DNA from: Elusimicrobiota bacterium
Lineage (GTDB): Bacteria > Elusimicrobiota > Elusimicrobia > F11
Length of the DNA stretch: 64,000 nt
Direction: 5' to 3'
Assembly (NCBI GenBank): GCA_046153645.1
Contig: JBJXGI010000103.1
Span: 1-64,000 of the forward strand
The translations under genes were made by a program, and so were the position numbers. Numbering within the stretch: the stretch's first letter is position 1; each line of letters opens with the position of its first letter. Positions 37,396-45,432 of the stretch are shown here, piece after piece. Below the pieces are notes generated by a model, which did no database searches, was not told the DNA's origin, and was given only the letters and a program-made list of their open reading frames with translations.

Positions 37396-38532
37396 TCATT
37401 TTTCTTCTGAAAACGTGGTAATCGTCATGGTTTGATTGTGTAGTTCACATTTAAAATTGGCAATAAATGGCGCAATTTCACCGTAGGAATAAAAGCCAGT
37501 GAGAATCGTACTTTCTCCTTGAATCTCTCTGACTGCCTCCACTTCTTCTTCGGTTCGTTGTTTTAAAATTAATTTCCGACCCACGCAGCTGATAAGTATG
37601 GCTAATTCTGCTGGTTGATTTATCGCTTGTTGACATATCTTAGCCGCACCTTGAGCGCCATCAATTAATCTGTCGAAATTGGCGCGCATCAAAAAAGCAA
37701 ATTCGCCTTCTGGAATGTCGCCTGCAAAAGTCATGCTTTTTTCAGACTCATTGACTGATAAGATAGTTCGAACCACTCCTTTTTCATTATTTTCTGTCAT
37801 GAGACAAAGTGGAAATAAAAGTCCTGTGGCTGGAAGGCCCGAGGCATGTTCTCCTAAGTATGATTTGTACAAATCAAGGGCCGATTTTCCATCAAGCTCG
37901 AAAAGGACATTTCCTTTTGATTTGGTAATTTTTCTTTTTGGACCAAAGGTGTCCCATCCGCCGAGTGAACCAAAACCAATTTTTAATTTATCTCCATAAA
38001 ACCCAATCACGCAAATAGTTCCTGATTCGGCACTTCCATGAGATAGCACAATTGTTTCAGTAAATCGTGCTCCATCTCCTGATAAACCACCTGTTACTTG
38101 TACATTGGAGGGAAGGTTTTTCGTTAAACCTTTGACAAGATCGCTCCCATTGACTTTAAGTCCATCCGATAAAACAAAAACATGCACTAAGCCTTTCTTT
38201 TCTAATTTTTGAGCTAGTTTTTCTCCAACCGTCGTGCTTTGGCTGGGTTCAGATATTTTTTCCTTTTCAACTTGGATCGTCGATTTTTCAAAGTGTGCTG
38301 CTGTGACAACCAACGAGTCATCATATACTCTGGTTCCACAAATTTCTCCTGCAGTAGAACAACCAATGATTTCTGATTGAGGGTAAAAGTCTTTAATTTC
38401 TTTAAGACGTTTTAAATCTTTTATGGTATTTGTTGCACCAAAAACAAATACCAATTGAGCCTTTTTAGTCAAAGGGTCGCCTTCTAAAATCCATCCAGAT
38501 TCGGTTTCCCATCTTCGTTGTTCAATTTTCAT
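37396..38532 (-). CDS. FIST N/C-domain signal protein (NosP-like)
   Basis: IIGCSTAGEI, TGGLSGDG, ISCVGRK, GFYSYGEI, LHNQTMT. Confidence 0.93.
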   Translation of the reverse strand: MKIEQRRWETESGWILEGDPLTKKAQLVFVFGATNTIKDLKRLKEIKDFYPQSEIIGCSTAGEICGTRVYDDSLVVTAAHFEKSTIQVEKEKISEPSQSTTVGEKLAQKLEKKGLVHVFVLSDGLKVNGSDLVKGLTKNLPSNVQVTGGLSGDGARFTETIVLSHGSAESGTICVIGFYGDKLKIGFGSLGGWDTFGPKRKITKSKGNVLFELDGKSALDLYKSYLGEHASGLPATGLLFPLCLMTENNEKGVVRTILSVNESEKSMTFAGDIPEGEFAFLMRANFDRLIDGAQGAAKICQQAINQPAELAILISCVGRKLILKQRTEEEVEAVREIQGESTILTGFYSYGEIAPFIANFKCELHNQTMTITTFSEEK

Positions 38533-40121
38533 ATGTGAGCTCCTGTGTTTACATTTATTGGAAAACTTAAGTTAAAACTTGTTCCGATTCCCAGCTGACT
38601 TTCAACTTTAATAGATCCACCAAAGCGTTCAACGACGTCTTTGCAAATAGAAAGGCCCAATCCGGTTCCTTCACCGATAGGTTTGGTGGTAAAAAAAGGT
38701 TCAAATATTTTCGAAATGTTTTCTGGCGCAATGCCTGATCCACTATCTTTTATTTGGAGTTCAATGGATGTAGATTTTTTTTCAGCTTTTATAAGAATGG
38801 TTTTATTTAAAGAGTCTTTCATGGCCTGCCGAGCGTTGTTGATGAGATTTAAAATAACTTGTGACAATTGAGTGGGATCTCCTACAAGATTGGGAAGGTC
38901 TTCAGGAATGGAACAGGTAACGTTCACCTGTGAACCTTCTAAATCATGCTTGAGCATTTTTAATGCCATCTCCACTAATTGGCCTATTTGGAGCGTGTCT
39001 TGTTTGGGAGTTCTCTTACCGCTGAATTGCAAGAGGTTTTGAATGACTTCATTACAGTGTTTACTTTGGTTGACAATAATATTCAAATCCTCTTTTTGTT
39101 CTTCCGTTAGGCCATCGTTATCAAGGAACAATTGGGCAGAGAGTAAAATACCGTTAAGTGGGTTATTTAGATCATGAATAACGCCAGCAGTCATTTTTCC
39201 AATAGTGGCCAATTTATCTGAATGAATAAGTTGTTGTTCTGTTTCTTCGAGCTTTTTTATGGTGTTGGTTAACTCACCTACTTTATTATTAAGTTTTTCA
39301 TACATTTGAACGTTATGAAAAACTTGAGTAATTTGTGTGCCGTATAAGGGGACGCTGATAAGATCTGTGTTTGAAAATGAATCTTTTGAATCGGTTCGAT
39401 TTAAATTGAAAACACCAATTATTTTATTTTCAATTATTAAAGGGAAGAAAATAGATGAGTTTATGTTGTTAATCCCATTAATAAGGAGAGCCTGATTCCA
39501 ATCAGGTGTTTTTATTAAAAGTTGTTTACAAGTATCAGCTCGAATATCACGATCTCTGGGGTCAGAATATTCTGTGCTAATGATCGAAGGGTTATTTGTA
39601 TCAGCACATAAGTAGATCATGACGTCATTGGCTTTAACAGTTTTCTTGCAGAGAAGCGCGATTTGTAAGAGAAGCGTATCCAACTTATCAGTGGAAAAAA
39701 CAATTTTACTCGCTTCATAAACGCCCATAAGGGTTTTTAACTCGCTTCGGTCCAAAGCTTTTTCAATGAGGGAAAAAATATCAACCAAGTTGAAAGGTTT
39801 TTGAATGAAATCAAAGGCCCCTTTTTTCATGGCATCTACAGCTGTTTCAATGGTGCCAAATCCCGTGGCTAAAATAACTTCAATGTCCGGGGCTATTTTT
39901 TTAACTGTATCTAAGAATTCAACACCGCCCAGTTTGGGCATTTTGACATCGCTAATAATAAGTTGAAATTTTCCTTGCGATAGTTTTTCGAGAGCCTCTT
40001 GTCCATTGTTCGCAGTTGTCACTTGATATCCTTTTGATCCCAATTCATAGGATAAAAGTTCTCTTATGCCCATTTCATCATCAACAACAAGAATTTTAAC
40101 GTTTGATTGTATTTCCGTCAT
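38529..40121 (-). CDS. Receiver-GAF-like-histidine kinase
   Basis: IISDVKMP receiver; central FFPLIIENKIIGVFNL; VIHDLNNPL; GEGTGLGL. Confidence 0.92.
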   Translation of the reverse strand: MTEIQSNVKILVVDDEMGIRELLSYELGSKGYQVTTANNGQEALEKLSQGKFQLIISDVKMPKLGGVEFLDTVKKIAPDIEVILATGFGTIETAVDAMKKGAFDFIQKPFNLVDIFSLIEKALDRSELKTLMGVYEASKIVFSTDKLDTLLLQIALLCKKTVKANDVMIYLCADTNNPSIISTEYSDPRDRDIRADTCKQLLIKTPDWNQALLINGINNINSSIFFPLIIENKIIGVFNLNRTDSKDSFSNTDLISVPLYGTQITQVFHNVQMYEKLNNKVGELTNTIKKLEETEQQLIHSDKLATIGKMTAGVIHDLNNPLNGILLSAQLFLDNDGLTEEQKEDLNIIVNQSKHCNEVIQNLLQFSGKRTPKQDTLQIGQLVEMALKMLKHDLEGSQVNVTCSIPEDLPNLVGDPTQLSQVILNLINNARQAMKDSLNKTILIKAEKKSTSIELQIKDSGSGIAPENISKIFEPFFTTKPIGEGTGLGLSICKDVVERFGGSIKVESQLGIGTSFNLSFPINVNTGAHI

Positions 40122-42331
40122 GCGGCCACTCCAAATAAGTTATTGAAAGATTCATGCCCCGAATCTTTTTTCCTTTTCAAAAGACTTTTAACTCTTCCCA
40201 CGACGGTCGTGGGACTCGAAGGTTTAATAAGATAGTCGTCGGCGCCTAGGGTGAGTATTTCATTTTTAATTTTCTCATCGGTGACAGCGGTTAGGACAAT
40301 CACCGGAATATCTTCAAAACCCATAATTTGACGCAAACTTTTTAACACCTCGCTTCCATTCATGGTGGGCATCATCAGATCCAATAAAATTAGATCGAAT
40401 TTAAAGTTAACCATCGTATTGATTGCTTCAAGTCCATTTTGAACACTGGTAACTTGAAACCCCTCATTTTCAAGGATGGAAGTGTACACTTGGCGAATGG
40501 TCTGATCATCATCTACAATTAAAATATGGTTTTGATTCTCATTTTTTTTGGGAAAAGAAGGAATTGTTGTTGAAACTTGAGGAATTGGTAACATTTCTTC
40601 CTCATCATCAAAACTTCCTAAGATATTTAGAAAAGAACGTACCTCATCTAATGATGTGTTTCCTTGTGATATTTGCCAGAGGGCATCTTTCCATAGAAGT
40701 TGAAGTGATTTATTTGCTAAGGCGCATTCTTGAAGGGTACTTTGAATATCTCCGGCCGCAATTGACTTCTTAACGTCATTGTCTAAATCCCATAGTTCTA
40801 AAAGTGGAATTTGCCCTTTATATCCAGTGAAATGACATTGTTTGCATCCTTTGTGTTTGAAAACAATAGGTTTAAGATTTTCACCCAAAAGTGCAGTGCG
40901 GAGAGTTGAATTTATTTTTTCAGAAGGTATCTCTACCTTACAGTGAGGACATAATCGTCTCACTAGTCTTTGCGCGGTCACTCCTAAGAGGCAAGAGGCG
41001 ATTTTATAGGGTTCAATGCCGATATCGCGGAGTCTCTCTATCGTAGACATGGCGTCATTGGTGTGAAGAGTTGAGAAAACGAGATGTCCCGTCATGGCAG
41101 CTTGAATGGCAATCTTGGCTGTTTCAAGATCTCGAATTTCACCAACCAAAATAATATCAGGATCTTGTCGTAAAACGGACCGAAGGACATTGGGGAAAGT
41201 GAGGCCTTGTTTTTCATTGACTTGAACTTGGTTAATGCCTTCTAATCTATATTCAATGGGATCTTCAACCGTTGTAATGTTAGTGTGCTCAGCTTTTAAT
41301 TTATTCAAAGCTGAATATAGAGTGGTGGTTTTTCCGGAACCCGTAGGTCCTGTGACAAGAATAATACCTTGTTCCGATTTGACCATTTGAGAAAGGCGAT
41401 CACTTAAAGTAGGACTAAATCCTAATCCCTCAAAGGGAACTTCCGCAGCCCTTTTATCCAGTAACCGCATAACGACTTTCTCGCCATTATTTGTTGGCAG
41501 AATAGACACTCTAAACCCAATTTCCGCGTTTTGAAATCTGAAGATGGCTCGCCCATCTTGAGGACGATAATGATCAGCGATATCTAAATTAGAAATAATT
41601 TTAATTCGGGCGACAACAGATCCTGTTCCTAAATCTTTTGGCAAGACCAAAATGTTCTTAAGTAAGCCGTCAATTCGAAATCGCACCATGCTTTTGTTGT
41701 CTTCATGTTCGAGGTGGATATCTGAAGCCCTCATGGTGATGGCTTTTTTAATAATTAATTCAACCAATCTAATGATAGAGGATTCGCCGTCTTTAAGGCC
41801 GGGTGTATCTTTTGACTCAATAGCTTCTTGTATTTCTTTGTCTTGCAGTTCGTCGGGTTTTTCTAGGCGGTTTAAAACATCCTGGAGATAAAACTCAGGA
41901 GAAAATATTAAATTAAATAGTGAATTTATTTGACTGGGTAGACAAAAGTGTGGGGTGGGGGTTCTCCCGGAAAATGTTTGAACATCAGCCAGGGCGTCAA
42001 CATCAAGGGGGGTAAGCATGGCAACATGCAAGTTCTCTCGTTCTAGTCGAAAAGGAATTAATTGTCGACGTCGGCAAACTTTTTCGGGGACCAATGATAA
42101 GGCCATTTTGTCGATGTCTTCAACTTTTAGCGCAGTGACTGGCACCCGGTAGGTATCCTGAATAATGCGTGTTAACGTTTCTAGCGATAAAATGCCTGCT
42201 TGAAGCGTGGCTTCAGAGAGTGATGGTTTTTTCGTTTTGCGAAACCATTCAATTTTTTCAAGCGGCAATTCAGGGAACCCTTTGAGCGCCCTTATTAACC
42301 ATTCATCTGAGAAAATGTATTTTTCTTCCAT
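40118..42331 (-). CDS. PilB/GspE-family ATPase with C-terminal receiver domain
   Basis: RASDIHLE, PQDGR, GPTGSGKTTTLY, LRQDPDIILVGEIRD, CPHC/CKQC; then ILIVDDD...ILLDLMMP...IKP; ends GVAA. Confidence 0.93.
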   Translation of the reverse strand: MEEKYIFSDEWLIRALKGFPELPLEKIEWFRKTKKPSLSEATLQAGILSLETLTRIIQDTYRVPVTALKVEDIDKMALSLVPEKVCRRRQLIPFRLERENLHVAMLTPLDVDALADVQTFSGRTPTPHFCLPSQINSLFNLIFSPEFYLQDVLNRLEKPDELQDKEIQEAIESKDTPGLKDGESSIIRLVELIIKKAITMRASDIHLEHEDNKSMVRFRIDGLLKNILVLPKDLGTGSVVARIKIISNLDIADHYRPQDGRAIFRFQNAEIGFRVSILPTNNGEKVVMRLLDKRAAEVPFEGLGFSPTLSDRLSQMVKSEQGIILVTGPTGSGKTTTLYSALNKLKAEHTNITTVEDPIEYRLEGINQVQVNEKQGLTFPNVLRSVLRQDPDIILVGEIRDLETAKIAIQAAMTGHLVFSTLHTNDAMSTIERLRDIGIEPYKIASCLLGVTAQRLVRRLCPHCKVEIPSEKINSTLRTALLGENLKPIVFKHKGCKQCHFTGYKGQIPLLELWDLDNDVKKSIAAGDIQSTLQECALANKSLQLLWKDALWQISQGNTSLDEVRSFLNILGSFDDEEEMLPIPQVSTTIPSFPKKNENQNHILIVDDDQTIRQVYTSILENEGFQVTSVQNGLEAINTMVNFKFDLILLDLMMPTMNGSEVLKSLRQIMGFEDIPVIVLTAVTDEKIKNEILTLGADDYLIKPSSPTTVVGRVKSLLKRKKDSGHESFNNLFGVAA

Positions 42332-42363
42332 AGGTTTTGTTTTGGCTTTTTACCTCAATAATC

Positions 42364-42391
42364 TTATCGGTTGTAGATTGATTTCCCTTGA
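42364..42391 (-). promoter_or_regulatory. sigma28-type promoter of the ATPase-REC/FIST operon
   Basis: TCAAG-N15-ACCGATAA. Confidence 0.7.
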
Positions 42392-42500
42392 GAGGTTTTT
42401 TATGAAAGGGTCTTGAAATTGCTTGGGTATTCTGCGAATATCAATAACAATACAATCAATACAATTAAATCATACATATCAAGGGCTTCTTTTTTTGAGT

Positions 42501-42516
42501 TCGCATGAAATTTGCT
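42501..42516 (+). promoter_or_regulatory. Variant sigma54-like site (CG instead of GG at -24)
   Basis: TCGCATGAAATTTGCT upstream of the basal-body operon. Confidence 0.4.
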
Positions 42517-42578
42517 GAAAGAGAAGTTTGGAAACAAGTGAAGTAAAAAGATACCAAGGTCGTTCCCGAGAGGTATGT

Positions 42579-42956
42579 ATGGAAGATAAAAATAAAGTTA
42601 TTAAAGGAATAACAGGAATTATTCTGGATATATTAGCTGATGAGAAAAGTTGCATTCTTTCGGCTAACTGGCCGAAGTTGGATATCTTGATTCGGCGAAA
42701 GTCAAAATTATTGATGAAGCTAGAAAATATCGGCTTTGAGCATTTAAATGATTTATATGTCTTTGACCCCAGAGTTGTGGAAATTAAGGCTGTCATTCAG
42801 CAAATAGTCAATGCTGAAGATGAAAACGCAACCCTTTTAAAGGTTCAAATGTTAGAGATTAAAAACCAATTAGCGCATGTGAAGGATGTACTGAAAACCG
42901 CCATTTATGGATCCGTTGATGATAAATCAACGGCCATTTTACGTCAAAGCTACTAG
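42579..42956 (+). CDS. FliT/FlgN-like helical protein
   Basis: GAGG RBS; NWPKLDILIRRKSKLL...IQQIVNAEDENATLL...AIYG. Confidence 0.55.
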   Translation: MEDKNKVIKGITGIILDILADEKSCILSANWPKLDILIRRKSKLLMKLENIGFEHLNDLYVFDPRVVEIKAVIQQIVNAEDENATLLKVQMLEIKNQLAHVKDVLKTAIYGSVDDKSTAILRQSY

Positions 42957-42980
42957 TTTTAATTAAACAAGGAGTTTATC

Positions 42981-44204
42981 GTGGAGAAAGAGAAAGTATT
43001 AGTTGTTGATCAAGATGAAGAAATTAAAAAAACCATTCGACGTCTTTTAGATAAAACTCGTTATCAAATTTTTACCGCCGCCGAACAAGAAGAAGCATTG
43101 TCCTTGGTCAAACGTCGTCTTCCAAAATTAATCATCATGGATTTACATACTCCGAGAATTAGAGGAGTTGAACTTATTCAAACCATGAAAGATGTTCATA
43201 GAGATGTAAGAACCATTGTTTTCGCTGGACGTTCGAGCGATGAATCCGGTGCGTTGGCATCAGAACTAGGAGTTGATGGTTGTTTGGTTAAACCAGTTAA
43301 TATCCAGAAATTATCTTCATTACTCAATCAATTATTAAATGATTCAAACTCAACGGGGATTCACGGTTCAAGCGCCGATCATTTTTTAAGGCCCATTATT
43401 GGAGAATCTCCAAAATTGGCGGAAGTGATGAATCTTGTGAAAAAAGTGGCGGCCAGTTCAGCTACGGTATTACTTCAAGGAGCCAGTGGAACTGGAAAAG
43501 AATCCGTTGCCCGAGCTATTCATTATTATTCGCCAAGAAGAAGTAACCCTTTTCTTACTGTTAATTGCGCGGCATTGCCTGATGGCCTTTTGGAGAGTGA
43601 ATTATTCGGTGTTTGCCAAGGAGCCTATACGGGCGCTTTTGCTAACCGCCCGGGGAAAATGCAATTGGCTGATGGAGGATCGTTAATACTAGATGAAATT
43701 AGTGAAATGCCTTTGTCGCTTCAAGCAAAATTATTAAGAGCCATTCAGGAAAAAGAAGTAACTCCTTTGGGAGGAGGGTATCCCCTCAAAGTCAATGTGC
43801 GTTTTGTGGCAGTTACTAACCAAGACTTAGCTAAAAAAGTCCGAGAGGGAAAATTTCGGGAAGACCTGTTTTTTCGATTGAACGTTGTTCCTATTAATTT
43901 GCCGGCATTAAAAGAACGAAGAAGTGATGTTCGTCTTTTGGTTGATCACTTTGTTAAGAAGTTTGGCGCCGCCAATGGAAAACCGGTCATGAAAGTTGAC
44001 GATGAAATGATACGAATTCTTGAAGATTACGACTGGCCTGGCAATATTCGTGAATTGGAAAATTTAGTTGAGAGGCTTATTATCTTAAGTGAAAAAGATC
44101 GTTTAACAATAGAAGATTTACCTTTTTCAATGACAGAAAAAGTAAATACTTTTCCAAAATTGACGACAGCACTCCCAATTGTTCAAACCGATGTGATGAA
44201 TTGA
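42981..44204 (+). CDS. sigma54-dependent activator (REC-AAA+), no C-terminal HTH, FlgR-like
   Basis: IIMD receiver; GASGTGKE, ELFG...GAYTGA, LDEISEM, WPGNIRELEN; ends ~25 aa after EDLP. Confidence 0.9.
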   Translation: MEKEKVLVVDQDEEIKKTIRRLLDKTRYQIFTAAEQEEALSLVKRRLPKLIIMDLHTPRIRGVELIQTMKDVHRDVRTIVFAGRSSDESGALASELGVDGCLVKPVNIQKLSSLLNQLLNDSNSTGIHGSSADHFLRPIIGESPKLAEVMNLVKKVAASSATVLLQGASGTGKESVARAIHYYSPRRSNPFLTVNCAALPDGLLESELFGVCQGAYTGAFANRPGKMQLADGGSLILDEISEMPLSLQAKLLRAIQEKEVTPLGGGYPLKVNVRFVAVTNQDLAKKVREGKFREDLFFRLNVVPINLPALKERRSDVRLLVDHFVKKFGAANGKPVMKVDDEMIRILEDYDWPGNIRELENLVERLIILSEKDRLTIEDLPFSMTEKVNTFPKLTTALPIVQTDVMN

Positions 44205-44208
44205 GAAT

Positions 44209-44571
44209 ATGAGCGACTCAATAAAAAACATAGCGGGTTTAGGAATAGAGCAGCACCTGGCTTTAACTTGGGCCAATCAAAGATCTATTGCCAATAACAT
44301 TGCCAATGGCAATACTGCTAACTTTCAGGCAAAACGGATGGAATTAATTTCCAAAGATCAAGACTATCAACTGATATTAAATCAGTCTGATTCCAAGCAT
44401 TTAACTCTTCATGTTGAAGAAAATTCAATTCTCAAGGAAGTTCCTGTTAAAGACTTTAGTTTGGATTCTGAAATGGGAGAAATGACGAAGAATAATTTGT
44501 TTTATCAAACTTTACTTGAAACTGTTGTTCGAAGAAATCAAATGGCAAGGTCAGTTATTGAAGGCCGATAG
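44209..44571 (+). CDS. flgB: Rod protein FlgB
   Basis: IANNIANGNT; SLDSEMGEMTKNNLFYQ. Confidence 0.9.
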   Translation: MSDSIKNIAGLGIEQHLALTWANQRSIANNIANGNTANFQAKRMELISKDQDYQLILNQSDSKHLTLHVEENSILKEVPVKDFSLDSEMGEMTKNNLFYQTLLETVVRRNQMARSVIEGR

Positions 44572-44582
44572 GGTAAAAATAT

Positions 44583-45008
44583 ATGGACCAATTTAAAAAT
44601 CTTGATGTCAGCGCTTCCGGAATACGGGCCAACCGAGAATGGATGGAAGTCATCTCAAGTAATATAGCCAACTCTAAAACAACAAAGACACCAGACGGGG
44701 GACCCTATAAAGGAAAAATCGTTAGTTTTGCCGAAACTTTGAACACAGTTAATCAACAGAATCCTAACGTTTCTAAGGGCGCAGGGGTCAAAGTGGCTTC
44801 AGTCACTCCAGATGAATCTCCTTTTATTTCACTGTATTATCCTTCTCATCCCGATGCCAATAAAGAAGGGTATGTGCTTTTCCCAAATGTAAACCCCATG
44901 CAAGAAATGGCCAATATGGTCATGGCGACCCGTTCTTATGAAGCCAATGTAAGTGCCTTCAGCACAAGCAAAAATATGTATTTGAAAGCGTTGGAAATTG
45001 GGCGATAA
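44583..45008 (+). CDS. flgC: Rod protein FlgC
   Basis: SSNIANS; YPSHPDANKEGYVLFPNVN; RSYEAN. Confidence 0.96.
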   Translation: MDQFKNLDVSASGIRANREWMEVISSNIANSKTTKTPDGGPYKGKIVSFAETLNTVNQQNPNVSKGAGVKVASVTPDESPFISLYYPSHPDANKEGYVLFPNVNPMQEMANMVMATRSYEANVSAFSTSKNMYLKALEIGR

Positions 45009-45025
45009 AAATGAGGATTTTTTAA

Positions 45026-45328
45026 GTGGAACCGATTCATATTTCTCCAAAAGTCACCGAAGCTGGGGTTCCCAATTTAAAACCAGTTGATAACTCCTCT
45101 TCCAATCAAATTTCTTTTAATCATTTATTTTCTGAGATTATTGACCAAACCAATAACAATATTACCGATGCGGACAAAACAGTTAAAGATTTCGTTCAGG
45201 GTAAGATTGATAATCCACATGAAGTGATGATTCGCTTAGAAGAAGCCCATTTAGCTTTACAATTCACTGTTCAAATGAGGAATAAAGTCGTTGAAGCTTA
45301 TCAAGAGTTGATGCGAATGCAGCTGTAG
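45026..45328 (+). CDS. fliE: Hook-basal body protein FliE
   Basis: HEVMI...MRNKVVEAYQELMRMQ. Confidence 0.95.
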   Translation: MEPIHISPKVTEAGVPNLKPVDNSSSNQISFNHLFSEIIDQTNNNITDADKTVKDFVQGKIDNPHEVMIRLEEAHLALQFTVQMRNKVVEAYQELMRMQL

Positions 45329-45381
45329 TGGCTGGACCTGAGAGCGAATCTTTCAAAAGAAACGCTTGACGTAGGAAGCCA
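45329..45381 (+). promoter_or_regulatory. Structured leader motif upstream of fliF
   Basis: TGGCT-GGA-CCT...AGG-A-AGCCA; same architecture as 53540-53565. Confidence 0.55.
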
Positions 45382-45432
45382 ATGTTTCCAGATGATGAAA
45401 GGAAACCTTCCCGATAAGAGGGAGAACGAACA

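Noticed and set aside
40118..42331. A type IV pilus or type II secretion gene cluster
   Set aside because: Only the ATPase is present; no pilin, platform or secretin genes.
42448..42465. CAATACAAT tandem duplicate in the divergent intergenic region
   Set aside because: Only two low-complexity copies in AT-rich DNA; cannot be supported as an operator or IHF site.
45410..45417. CCCGATAA upstream of fliF
   Set aside because: No -35 element at a suitable spacing.
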